Positions 1-8,049 of a DNA stretch of 64,000 nt are shown here, in pieces. The first letter of the stretch is position 1. Every line of letters begins with the position of its first letter. The position numbers and the translations under genes are program-made. Origin of the DNA: a virus (taxonomy: Duplodnaviria; Heunggongvirae; Uroviricota; Caudoviricetes); the IMG/VR virus record IMGVR_UViG_3300033075_001920. One strand, given 5' to 3'. Below the pieces are notes generated by a model that did no database searches, was not told the DNA's origin, and was given only the letters and a program-made list of their open reading frames with translations.

Positions 1-59
1 AATTTCCAAAAGGATATTTAAAAGCCCCAACCTTATTTCCCTCAACCGATTCGGACAAT

Positions 60-686
60 ATGAATTGTGAATTGTGCGGTAAAACACCCATACGCACGAT
101 GTACTGGCTTCAAAATGATAAAATGAAGTGGACAATGGGTGTAGGCTCTGAATGTGTAACACACTTTGGAGATGGCGCTTCCGGAAAGGACAATGTTAGA
201 CAGTATAAAATTAACCGAGCCATTGTTTTAGACAATGATCTTTTGAATCTAAAAAAACTAATCCGTGAAAAAACATCAAAAATCAGACACATAGGATACG
301 GCAAAGAAGTCAGAGAATGGAATAGTGCTAACTTCTATGATGATTCCGGAAATGATAGAATTCAAGAGTTTTACGATTTAGTAAAAGAAAATAAATTGGA
401 TTTATTGTTTGAAGTTGGTAAAACTGGCCGAAACCGGTCCAATAAAAAAACAATATACTGGGATTATGTGTATGGAGCAATACCAATATTTGGTTATAAA
501 AGAGATATTCTAATGGCTGAGGGGCAGGGTAGAACCAAGGAAAGGATAGAAAAGGATCTTCTGAGCTGGTATTCAAAGAATGAAAAAATAGCTGTAGAAA
601 TGATGCAGCAGTCCATTATGGCTCTTGAATCAGCCTATTCGACAAAAGTAGATTTTAACTCTGAATATATGCAACAACAACCATGA
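60..686 (+). CDS. hypothetical protein
   Basis: 208-aa ORF with ATG start and an N-terminal Cys pair (MNCELCGK). No family recognised by eye. Confidence 0.55.
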   Translation: MNCELCGKTPIRTMYWLQNDKMKWTMGVGSECVTHFGDGASGKDNVRQYKINRAIVLDNDLLNLKKLIREKTSKIRHIGYGKEVREWNSANFYDDSGNDRIQEFYDLVKENKLDLLFEVGKTGRNRSNKKTIYWDYVYGAIPIFGYKRDILMAEGQGRTKERIEKDLLSWYSKNEKIAVEMMQQSIMALESAYSTKVDFNSEYMQQQP

Positions 687-744
687 AACCCATGTTATCC
701 AACCCTGTGCATAACTGAGGGCAATGTCTTAGATATTAGGCATG

Positions 745-752
745 TATTTTTG
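745..752 (+). promoter_or_regulatory. Bacteroidota-type -7 promoter box (TATTTTTG)
   Basis: Exact match to TAnnTTTG, 18 nt upstream of the ATG at 770. The same 8-mer recurs before four other late genes. Confidence 0.45.
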
Positions 753-769
753 ATGAAAATATAAGATAT

Positions 770-1306
770 ATGCGTAATATTAATAAAGTCCTTTCTGCAA
801 ATGGACTTGAACTTGCAAATTTACCGGAAGAATTTCAAACCAGAATTAACAATCTGGAAGCGCAATTTATTGCCTACAATGAAAAGTGCGATGATATAGA
901 GCAAAATCCGGGCAACTACACAGCAGAACAAACCGATGAAGTCTTCCAGGAAGGAAATGGGTTAGATGTTCTTGATGCTGAACTCAGTGGAGAAATAAAA
1001 GCTTGGTACAAATCGGAAAAAGACAGGCTTAAAAAAGAAGCTGCAGAGAACAAAAAGAAAGAGGAAGATCGCCTGAAAGCTGAACAGGAACAAGCCGAGA
1101 AGGAAGCTGCCGATAGAGCTGAAGCTGAACGGTTAGAGAAGGAAAAGGCGGATAGAGAAGCTGCCGATAGAGCAGAAGCTGAAAGGATTGCTGCCGAGCA
1201 GAAACAGAACGATGAAAAGAAAGGATCAGGAGCACTGGGCCTTTTTGTGGGCTTAGGTCTTACTATAATAACACTCGGAGTATACAACGCGTTTAAAGAA
1301 AAATAA
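770..1306 (+). CDS. coiled-coil protein with C-terminal membrane anchor
   Basis: 178 aa with a highly charged K/E/A/R helix region. It contains the direct repeat AADRAEAER (DNA 1103-1132 and 1157-1186). C-terminal hydrophobic helix GALGLFVGLGLTIITLGVY. Confidence 0.6.
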   Translation: MRNINKVLSANGLELANLPEEFQTRINNLEAQFIAYNEKCDDIEQNPGNYTAEQTDEVFQEGNGLDVLDAELSGEIKAWYKSEKDRLKKEAAENKKKEEDRLKAEQEQAEKEAADRAEAERLEKEKADREAADRAEAERIAAEQKQNDEKKGSGALGLFVGLGLTIITLGVYNAFKEK

Positions 1307-1311
1307 TCATA

Positions 1312-1977
1312 ATGGCGTATTTGGATACATTATCAACCTCCGCAATTGCAAATGCTAAGATCTTAGCAGAAACATGCCGGTCAAGAGGTGTATCCAATCC
1401 GGTTTCTATTGCTGCGGCAATGTCAGTTGTATCCAAGGAGTCAGGCTTTATTCCCAAGTTCGAAACCGGTTATTCCGGAACTTCTATAAGCCGAATCAGG
1501 GAGATATTCCCTTCTACATTAAAAAACTTTTCCGATGCCCAACTCGTAAAACTCAAAGCGGATGATGTTAAATTTTTTAATGTCATTTATGGTGGAAGGT
1601 ATGGTAATGGTCCAGACGAAGGGTATAAGTACCGTGGTGGTGGACTGAACCAGGTAACGTTTAAAAATAATTATAAAAAGCTTGCCCAATTAACCGGCCA
1701 CGATCTTGTTAACCATCCCGAGCTGATTAACGACATTCACGTAGCTTCGGAATGCATGGTTGAATATTTTAAATCCTGCTTTGTCAATTCTGCACCAATA
1801 GTGCTGAACCGGTACGGAGCCAAACATATTAATGATTTCACCAATTTGGAAACCGCTGCCAAAGCATTTTATAATGCCAATGCCGGGTTTGCCAAGGATA
1901 CCAGAAACAGTAAGATGGATGGATATAAAAGGACACTTGATCGGGTGGATGAATTATACAGTCTAATACATTTTTAA
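1312..1977 (+). CDS. glycoside hydrolase family 19-like muramidase/chitinase-like enzyme
   Basis: SKESGF..FE followed by YKYRGGGLNQVTFKNNYKKLAQLTGHDLVNHPELI. This matches the GH19 catalytic Glu region and the GRGxxQLTxxxNY core by eye. Confidence 0.7.
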   Translation: MAYLDTLSTSAIANAKILAETCRSRGVSNPVSIAAAMSVVSKESGFIPKFETGYSGTSISRIREIFPSTLKNFSDAQLVKLKADDVKFFNVIYGGRYGNGPDEGYKYRGGGLNQVTFKNNYKKLAQLTGHDLVNHPELINDIHVASECMVEYFKSCFVNSAPIVLNRYGAKHINDFTNLETAAKAFYNANAGFAKDTRNSKMDGYKRTLDRVDELYSLIHF

Positions 1978-2226
1978 ATGACAGAATTATATATCATATG
2001 GTTTGAAACAGCCAAAGAACTAGAAATCAGCCAAGCGGCTAGTTTTCTACAATTAGGACTTGGTGTTTTTTATGGTCCGGATGAAAACTGGCCAAACGGA
2101 TATAAAAGGCTCGAGCAACCATTAAATCAGGAACAGATTGAAATTGTCAATCAGTTGTGCGATCAGCATGTTGCTATTAATTGTGTAAGAGGACCTTATC
2201 CTCCGTATTCACCTACAGGTAGATGA
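1978..2226 (+). CDS. hypothetical protein
   Basis: 82-aa ORF abutting the previous stop (TAAATG). Its stop overlaps the next start (ATGA). Confidence 0.5.
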   Translation: MTELYIIWFETAKELEISQAASFLQLGLGVFYGPDENWPNGYKRLEQPLNQEQIEIVNQLCDQHVAINCVRGPYPPYSPTGR

Positions 2227-2702
2227 AAAATCAATTTAAAATCACAGAGATGGCTAAATTTATGCTGGCAATGTGTTTAAGAACCTTAGAACACAGATAT
2301 TACTGCTATGGGCTTTTCAATAGCCGTATTATCAATATCGTGTTACTGTGGTCTATTATTCCAATTGGAATACTTGCTTATCTGATCATGTACAAGTGGC
2401 TTCCTGCAGATGCAATTTATCAGCAATGGGATGCCAACTTTATTTCCGAGAGCATACAATTCTTTTTTATGGGTCTTTTGATTTATTCGTCGTTTCAAGG
2501 TACCAGACATGCCGGCATGGCAACATCAGTACTGATATACTTTATTTTTCACCTGATCAATAGTATTCGTGGCGTGTACATGAAGGTCTGGTGGTTTGGT
2601 CTATCGTGGAAACTGGTTTTGCTGGGGATGGTCTTTTTTACCTTTTACAAATATTTTAAAGGGGCTAAAAAAGATAACCATGTCGAACGAACAATTAAAT
2701 GA
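2223..2702 (+). CDS. multi-pass membrane protein (holin-like candidate)
   Basis: 159 aa with about four hydrophobic segments (IINIVLLWSIIPIGILAYLIMY, FFFMGLLIYSSF, SVLIYFIFHLI, LVLLGMVFFTFY). Confidence 0.55.
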   Translation: MKNQFKITEMAKFMLAMCLRTLEHRYYCYGLFNSRIINIVLLWSIIPIGILAYLIMYKWLPADAIYQQWDANFISESIQFFFMGLLIYSSFQGTRHAGMATSVLIYFIFHLINSIRGVYMKVWWFGLSWKLVLLGMVFFTFYKYFKGAKKDNHVERTIK

Positions 2703-3012
2703 ATGGCTCGGAGTACTGCTTTGGCTGGCAGTAGTATCGCTTACGAAAATAGCATCAGCTTCAAAGGATAAAAAATTAACCACAGCTGAGATGGTTTCAG
2801 AAGTTGCACATGCCTTTTTTGGAGGCATTTTTGCATATCTTTCCATACGCGCTTACAAGGATTTTCAGTGGAAGTGGGCGGTCATTACCGGTGGGGCTGC
2901 AGCAGGAGCTGAACTAATGAAATTTTTTACCCTCAATGTTAAAGCCGGTCTTCGAACGGTAGGAAAAAAAGTTCAAAGTAAAGTCGACAATATTGATAAT
3001 TTAGAAAAATAG
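2680..3012 (+). CDS. membrane protein
   Basis: The track ORF opens at 2596, but the ATG at 2680 (MSNEQLNEW) avoids a long overlap. Hydrophobic helices WLGVLLWLAVVSL and FFGGIFAYLSI. Confidence 0.5.
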   Translation: MSNEQLNEWLGVLLWLAVVSLTKIASASKDKKLTTAEMVSEVAHAFFGGIFAYLSIRAYKDFQWKWAVITGGAAAGAELMKFFTLNVKAGLRTVGKKVQSKVDNIDNLEK

Positions 3013-3014
3013 TC

Positions 3015-3022
3015 TATTTTTG
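3015..3022 (+). promoter_or_regulatory. Bacteroidota-type -7 promoter box (TATTTTTG)
   Basis: TAnnTTTG match 30 nt upstream of the ATG at 3052. Confidence 0.4.
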
Positions 3023-3051
3023 AATTTTCAAAACCATTAAATATTATACAT

Positions 3052-3300
3052 ATGGATAGTCAACCAACCCAAGAAGGCAGACCCCTTACCTATGGAGAAA
3101 AAGCCGTAGGTCTTTCTTTTAATCCATCAGGAGATCCGGCAGTAAATGAATGTAAAAGCATTTTTGCAAGAGCGATTGATCAGATGAATGATCTAAGAGA
3201 AAAATCCGAAAGTAATGAGCAGAAGCGCCATTGTTCTATTGCCATTACCGATATGGAGACAGCCCAGATGAGAGCTGTTAAAGCTATTACCTGGAAATAA
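3052..3300 (+). CDS. hypothetical protein
   Basis: 82-aa soluble ORF followed by an intrinsic terminator. Confidence 0.5.
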   Translation: MDSQPTQEGRPLTYGEKAVGLSFNPSGDPAVNECKSIFARAIDQMNDLREKSESNEQKRHCSIAITDMETAQMRAVKAITWK

Positions 3301-3333
3301 CGATCTGAAATTGTACTGTTCCACCACTTAAAA

Positions 3334-3367
3334 GAAGCCGGTTCGAAAGAATTCGGCTTCTTTTATT
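3334..3367 (+). terminator. rho-independent terminator
   Basis: GAAGCCG (3334-3340) pairs with CGGCTTC (3354-3360), followed by a TTTTATT run. Confidence 0.7.
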
Positions 3368-3401
3368 ACATTTGTATAGTATTTTTATTTTTTATTTTGG
3401 T

Positions 3402-3433
3402 ATCTGAGTCCTGTAGCAATATAGGACTCAGAT
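3402..3433. other. perfect 11-bp stem hairpin in a non-coding gap
   Basis: ATCTGAGTCCT (3402-3412) and AGGACTCAGAT (3423-3433) form a perfect inverted repeat with a 10-nt loop. No T-run follows. Confidence 0.6.
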
Positions 3434-3516
3434 ATTGTAAATCAAACAATTATAAAAAATGTGTTTAAAATAATATACAGATTCTGAATCTAAAAAAATA
3501 TCCTTTTTATTATCTA

Positions 3517-3524
3517 TATTTTTG
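3517..3524 (+). promoter_or_regulatory. Bacteroidota-type -7 promoter box (TATTTTTG)
   Basis: TAnnTTTG match. The extended CTATATTTTTG resembles the box at 7945-7954. It ends 1 nt before the ATG at 3526, so the ATG at 3544 may be the real start. Confidence 0.4.
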
Positions 3525-3525
3525 T

Positions 3526-3807
3526 ATGATAAATCAAAGGATTATGCAAAATTTTTTAAATACAGCTCTCGGCTCATATCTTAAAGTTTTACTTGCTATG
3601 GTCTTAGCTATTGTATTAAAAGACATTGAGTCCGGCAAGACTCTTATGGATATTCTTCACAAAAGCAATCTCAATACCTATGGTACAATTTTGCTCAGTG
3701 GGCTTATTCCTATTATAATCAATGCCCTGAATCCAAAAGATCTTCGCTATGGTAAAAAACCAAAGCCAAAGGATTTCGAAACCAAAACAGACAAACCCAC
3801 TAATTAA
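3526..3807 (+). CDS. membrane protein
   Basis: 93 aa with two hydrophobic helices (YLKVLLAMVLAIVL, GTILLSGLIPIIINAL). An alternative start at 3544 is possible. Confidence 0.55.
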   Translation: MINQRIMQNFLNTALGSYLKVLLAMVLAIVLKDIESGKTLMDILHKSNLNTYGTILLSGLIPIIINALNPKDLRYGKKPKPKDFETKTDKPTN

Positions 3808-3818
3808 TCATAGTTATT

Positions 3819-3935
3819 ATGGCAACAACAGAAAAAACTCCGTCATTAGGAATGGCTATCCTCGGCTTAGGTATATCACTGGCAGTGGTATTTACAGTAG
3901 CCTATGTAGCCGGAAAAGGCTGGAAAAAAGCGTGA
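3819..3935 (+). CDS. micro-ORF, single-helix membrane peptide (38 aa)
   Basis: Not in the track because it is under 60 aa. MATTEKTPSLGMAILGLGISLAVVFTVAYVAGKGWKKA. Its TGA overlaps a GTG in the next frame (GTGA). Confidence 0.4.
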   Translation: MATTEKTPSLGMAILGLGISLAVVFTVAYVAGKGWKKA

Positions 3936-4417
3936 ATAAAGTTTTCGAGCATATCGGTGGTGCTGCTAAGGGTAGTTTGTCCGGAGCATTGGTATACGCA
4001 GGCATAATAGGTCTGATGCTTACCGATGCTGTTCTGACACCTGGGGATATCGCTGCCGACATGCGTGAAAAATCACTCAGGGATAAAATGAGTGAGGGCA
4101 CTATCACTTCCGGGCAATATCAGAAAAAGGCTTCCAATGCTTTTACCTTATATCCTCCCGCATGGTGGGCTCTTGTTCTTGGTCTGGTTTATGTTTCAAA
4201 GGGCGATTATGTTCAGAAAGCAAAATTTGCCGGTATACTCATTGGTTCGGGTGCACTTGCCGCTTTAGCCTTGAATACAAAAAAGCCGGATATTTTGACC
4301 GTAAGAGATAATATGCCGAAGTCAAAACCGGTATCCAGCACCCTGCCTTTCAACGGCCCGAACAAAAAGAAACGAATGGCTCTTATGAGCGGAAATAAAT
4401 TAAAATTCATCAAGTAA
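3932..4417 (+). CDS. membrane protein
   Basis: The track ORF opens at 3749, but its first ~60 codons are R/S/N-rich, overlap two better ORFs and look non-coding. GTG 3932 (VNKVFEHIGG) is proposed instead. Hydrophobic segments GALVYAGIIGLMLT, WWALVLGLVYV and ILIGSGALAALAL. Confidence 0.45.
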   Translation: MNKVFEHIGGAAKGSLSGALVYAGIIGLMLTDAVLTPGDIAADMREKSLRDKMSEGTITSGQYQKKASNAFTLYPPAWWALVLGLVYVSKGDYVQKAKFAGILIGSGALAALALNTKKPDILTVRDNMPKSKPVSSTLPFNGPNKKKRMALMSGNKLKFIK

Positions 4418-4744
4418 ATGGATCCAACACCCAGCCCTACACCGCCAGCATTTGGCTCAGGTCCTCCGCCACCGCCACCAGCGCCACCTGCACCGCCAGC
4501 AACTCCACCAGCGCCACCAATGGCTGAGGGTGGTCAAACTCAATCATCAACTGATGTGGGACAATGGGTTGCTATTGTACTCATTTCGCTTACGTTGGTG
4601 AATTTAGTTCTACAAATATCTTTAAATAGGAAACAGCATGCTCAAATCGGTAAAACCGACGACCAGATAAAAAGAGATATCAAAGAACTTAAACTGAACG
4701 TCCAAAAATCGATGGGAGATAAATATGAACCAGTCACAGTCTGA
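4418..4744 (+). CDS. proline-rich single-pass membrane protein
   Basis: 108 aa with an N-terminal GPPPPPPAPPAPPATPPAPP tract, then helix WVAIVLISLTLVNLVLQI and a charged tail. Confidence 0.6.
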   Translation: MDPTPSPTPPAFGSGPPPPPPAPPAPPATPPAPPMAEGGQTQSSTDVGQWVAIVLISLTLVNLVLQISLNRKQHAQIGKTDDQIKRDIKELKLNVQKSMGDKYEPVTV

Positions 4745-5387
4745 TTTCCTTGATAAAGTAGTTTATGGAACACCCACAGACAGCGATAAGCCGTTTTTGG
4801 TCAAATCTGAATTCGATGAAGTTTTAACCTCTCTTTACATTAAACCTTTCCCGGCATCCGGAAGCGAGGCGACCAAGGATGAAATCCGTGAGCTGATTGC
4901 ACTTCAGCAAGATGCAGCTCAAATGGACCCGAAAATCTCCGGAAGATACCTGCGCTACGACCAGGATATCATTGGTAGTCTTAAAATTATCATTGCCAAA
5001 CATATTCCGGATGAATCAATATCCGGGCTTATTGATCAGATAGTGCAGGATTGCCTGCCGATCATCACCAAATTAAAATACAAATTTCAACGACCAAGGC
5101 CAAATCAGATAGCGCAGTATTTAAAAGCAGCACTGTTTCCCCTTAAAAGTGTTTCCGCATTAAGCCCATCATATCCTTCTGCCAGTGTATTTTATACTCA
5201 GGCTATTTGTGAAGTAATCGGGAGTAAATATCCGGATAAACATGAACTGCTTGAAGAGTTGACTTTCGATGTGGCAACCAGTCGCCTGTATCATGGATTG
5301 AACTATGCAACAGATAATGAATTTGCCATTTACGCGGCAAAGCAGTTATGTAAGCTAAAAGCATTTACAACTAAGTACGGAATATAA
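4725..5387 (+). CDS. PAP2 (acid phosphatase/haloperoxidase) superfamily-like protein, catalytic His residues substituted
   Basis: KLKYKFQRP fits K-x6-RP. SYPSAS sits where PSGH would be. SRLYHGLNYATD sits where SR-x5-H-x3-D would be, with His replaced by Asn. Confidence 0.45.
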   Translation: MNQSQSDFLDKVVYGTPTDSDKPFLVKSEFDEVLTSLYIKPFPASGSEATKDEIRELIALQQDAAQMDPKISGRYLRYDQDIIGSLKIIIAKHIPDESISGLIDQIVQDCLPIITKLKYKFQRPRPNQIAQYLKAALFPLKSVSALSPSYPSASVFYTQAICEVIGSKYPDKHELLEELTFDVATSRLYHGLNYATDNEFAIYAAKQLCKLKAFTTKYGI

Positions 5388-5855
5388 ATGTCAATAAAAA
5401 AGAAGATGTCAAGAAACTTAACACAGGATAACCGTCAGCTCAGGGAGTTTTTAAGCGTATTAACTTCTTCAATAGATAATTTGGGTATTATGCAAACTAC
5501 TCAGATACTCAAGAAAGCACGTAATTCCACAACCATTAATACAGATCTTGCGCATGCAACATATATTGTTGCCGAAATCTTTCAGCTAGCCCCGGATGCT
5601 CTTTTTGGCAAAAGCAGGAAATACCCAAGAAAGTATGCATTTGCAATTTGGGCATTTATAGCATCTGCAGATCTGAATTATTCACTCAAAGACACTTCCT
5701 TATATTGTAAAGCATCAGAAAGCACTTTAAGTAAAAATATAAAGTTTGCCAGAGAATTCCCGGAAAAGACGAAATTTGAAAAGGATATAAAGTTAAAATT
5801 CAATCAATGCCGAGAACGCATTAAAGAACAAATAGTAAATAAATATAGTAAATAG
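5388..5855 (+). CDS. hypothetical protein
   Basis: 155-aa ORF that starts directly at the previous stop (TAAATG). Confidence 0.5.
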   Translation: MSIKKKMSRNLTQDNRQLREFLSVLTSSIDNLGIMQTTQILKKARNSTTINTDLAHATYIVAEIFQLAPDALFGKSRKYPRKYAFAIWAFIASADLNYSLKDTSLYCKASESTLSKNIKFAREFPEKTKFEKDIKLKFNQCRERIKEQIVNKYSK

Positions 5856-5859
5856 TATT

Positions 5860-7002
5860 ATGACCATAGAAAAGAATGACGAATCCGTTTTTTCCCCGTT
5901 TGAAGGAAATGTAAGAGACAGATCATACACCAAACCTGCGATATCACAGAATGAAGTAGGCGGCGAAATTCCTGAGCCTGTATATACCCCTCCTACTATG
6001 GGGCAGATGCAGGAAGCCATGAACGATAAGGCTTTTGAAAATAATCTCGGGGGATTTGGTGCAAAACCTCAATCAAATACCACTTCCAGCACTTCCGGCT
6101 CAGGAAATTCTTCTTCTGGTGGTGATAAAGTAACACCTCCGCCAAAAGCACCTATGCAACCGGTCAATCCGGTCATGAACGAACTGGAGGATACTGAAAA
6201 AAGAAAAGCGGCTCAGATAGCAGTTGAAGCTGCTATGGACGGATACAAAGGTTTGAATAAGTTTGGAAACAGTAAAATCATGTTCAACCTTCCGAAGATT
6301 TCCAAGATGGTTAAGGAAGGAAAGGTAGACCCGCGTATTATTCTCGAACCGGAACCCGGTATAAAGATGCCACTTTTGGAATATATGAAGACATATAACG
6401 CCAATGTGGATGGTATAATCAGTGTTAGCCCTGAATTTGAAAAAAAGGTAAAACCGATTATGACCAGGGTGTTTATGAAAAGGGGAATTGGTATGTCTGA
6501 TGAAGGGCTTTTAGCTTATTACTTCGGAATGGATATTCTGACCAAAACCAAATTGCTCTACGACCTGAATAAGACACTCAAAGATCTGACAGGTGATATT
6601 ATTGAAAGGTCAGCTATTACATTAGCCGGCTCTCCAATCGCGTCCCAGACTTCATATCAACCCGACGTTACTGAGCCTCAGGAAAAAAGAAGTCATCCCG
6701 AGCCTGACCCAACGCCCTCAGGTGGAAACAACTCAGGTGGAGAAAGAGAATTTATAGAACCCCAACAGGAAATAAGCCGTACTTTTGAAGAACCGGAAGA
6801 AAAATCTGCTGTAAAAGAGGAAGTTCATCACGAACCAATTTCTGTCAGCACTGTAAAGGAAAGAACAGGTTCCGAAAAAGTAGAGCAGCCAGTTATTGTT
6901 ACTTCGAAAAGAAAAAGCAAACCTCCTCAATTTGGCAATCCTGAAATATTGAGTGATATGGAACGTGTGGCTAAAAAGGGTACAACAAGAAAAAGAAGAT
7001 AA
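5860..7002 (+). CDS. low-complexity virion/assembly protein with basic C-terminus
   Basis: 380 aa with S/G/T/P/E-rich disordered ends and a C-terminal KKGTTRKRR. It lies immediately upstream of, and is translationally coupled to, the packaging ATPase (TAATG). Confidence 0.5.
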   Translation: MTIEKNDESVFSPFEGNVRDRSYTKPAISQNEVGGEIPEPVYTPPTMGQMQEAMNDKAFENNLGGFGAKPQSNTTSSTSGSGNSSSGGDKVTPPPKAPMQPVNPVMNELEDTEKRKAAQIAVEAAMDGYKGLNKFGNSKIMFNLPKISKMVKEGKVDPRIILEPEPGIKMPLLEYMKTYNANVDGIISVSPEFEKKVKPIMTRVFMKRGIGMSDEGLLAYYFGMDILTKTKLLYDLNKTLKDLTGDIIERSAITLAGSPIASQTSYQPDVTEPQEKRSHPEPDPTPSGGNNSGGEREFIEPQQEISRTFEEPEEKSAVKEEVHHEPISVSTVKERTGSEKVEQPVIVTSKRKSKPPQFGNPEILSDMERVAKKGTTRKRR

Positions 7003-7850
7003 TGGAAGAACTACGCGAACCATTATTAGGTGTGGCCATTGGCAAAAAAGGGGTTGGAAAATCATATCAGACCGATAAACTGATATCGGGCTATATTGCC
7101 GGTAATCCATCTAAGGGTATAAAGGGAAGAAAAGTATTAATCATAGATCCCAACGATGAGTATACCCATATCAAGGCTATTGCATTACAGGATGTAGTTC
7201 GCTTCTCGGTCAGCCCGGTAGTGGAAGCCAGAAGAATTCGTCCATATATCATTGATAAAAATGGTAACACCGAAAGAATGCGATTGGAAGATCTATCCAA
7301 TACTTTAAATATTGTAATGGATGCTTTTTCCGGAGGTCTTCTATTAGTAGAGGATATTAACCGCTATGTGGGAGATAATATGAAGCAGGACGTTATGGGT
7401 GCCATAGCAACCAACCGTCATAGAGATCAGGATATTATTTTGCATTATCAAGGTATTGGACGTATCGGTCCTAAGGTATGGCAGAATTTAAACTGGCTCA
7501 GGTTCCATAAAATCACAGAACCGGTTCACCGCCATAAAAACAAATTCATAGACAAATATGAATTATTGCGTATTACCGAGATTATGGTCAATAATGAATT
7601 CTTCAATGACAATATCCGCTATTTTATTTATGTCGATTGCGACAATATGAAACTGCAGGGAAATATTGATTCTGAAAAATTCAATAAGGCTTGTCTGGAA
7701 TACCTGGAAGAAAACTATTCAACTACCATAGGTCCGATGCTTAGAAGCAGGGGAGATGGTGGCAAAAAAAGATACACTTATGAATCCGCGCTTGCCCATG
7801 AGAAGGACAGGCTTACTAAGTTGTATTTAAAATCAAAGTCTAAAGATTGA
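7002..7850 (+). CDS. FtsK/HerA-superfamily genome-packaging ATPase (A32/PRD1-P9-like)
   Basis: Walker A GKKGVGKS, LIIDPNDEY, Walker B LLLVED, then NRHRDQDIILHYQ (RH-x9-Q signature). Small size of 282 aa. Confidence 0.6.
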   Translation: MEELREPLLGVAIGKKGVGKSYQTDKLISGYIAGNPSKGIKGRKVLIIDPNDEYTHIKAIALQDVVRFSVSPVVEARRIRPYIIDKNGNTERMRLEDLSNTLNIVMDAFSGGLLLVEDINRYVGDNMKQDVMGAIATNRHRDQDIILHYQGIGRIGPKVWQNLNWLRFHKITEPVHRHKNKFIDKYELLRITEIMVNNEFFNDNIRYFIYVDCDNMKLQGNIDSEKFNKACLEYLEENYSTTIGPMLRSRGDGGKKRYTYESALAHEKDRLTKLYLKSKSKD

Positions 7851-7946
7851 ATAATAGCAAGGCTTTTGCCTCTTTATTCAAATAAAATCAACTTTCAACT
7901 TGCTTTTACATCGTGTTGGTAATGAGTTATTACCGAGGATGTGTTA

Positions 7947-7954
7947 TATTTTTG
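7947..7954 (+). promoter_or_regulatory. Bacteroidota-type -7 promoter box (TATTTTTG)
   Basis: TAnnTTTG match in the gap after the ATPase gene. It implies a ~90-nt leader before the ATG at 8050. Confidence 0.45.
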
Positions 7955-8049
7955 AATTCGATTATCAGTCTGTGCTGAAAATCACCCAAGACTCATCGAG
8001 AAAACGACAACAAAAATTTTTACAACACATTAAAAACACCCTTCAAAAA

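Noticed and set aside
916-1287. Long antisense ORFs in the track opposite well-supported genes. Examples are 916-1287, 6733-7110, 8982-9284, 11673-12098, 13531-13830, 29052-29396, 29837-30190 and 30936-31340.
   Set aside because: They lie entirely inside stronger same-locus ORFs on the other strand and have low-complexity or repetitive translations that mirror the sense-strand codons. They also lack coupled starts and stops. I treat them as shadow ORFs.
3334-3360. GGTTCGAAAG, a tRNA T-arm-like string, together with a general scan for tRNA genes.
   Set aside because: The string is the loop of the terminator hairpin. No acceptor, D or anticodon stems can be drawn around it. I saw no other GGTTCGAATCC-type boxes in the window.
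3749-3931. N-terminal 61 codons of track ORF 3749-4417.
   Set aside because: The translation (MVKNQSQRISKPKQTNPLINHSYYGNNRKNSVIRNGYPRLRYITGSG...) is R/S/N-rich and looks non-coding. It overlaps the end of ORF 3526-3807 and a clean 38-aa membrane micro-ORF in another frame. A GTG at 3932 overlapping that micro-ORF's stop is more plausible.
5388-5855. Possible DnaA C-terminal-like HTH (LFGKSRKYPRKYAFAIWAFIASADLNYSLKD).
   Set aside because: There is only a loose pattern match, and a location in the virion block does not support a replication role. I left it as hypothetical.
7900-8049. Upstream extension of the capsid-candidate ORF, which has a TTG-type start at 7900.
   Set aside because: The extension covers the predicted -7 box (7947-7954) and leader, and it has an odd composition. 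The first ATG, at 8050, follows an A-rich leader.
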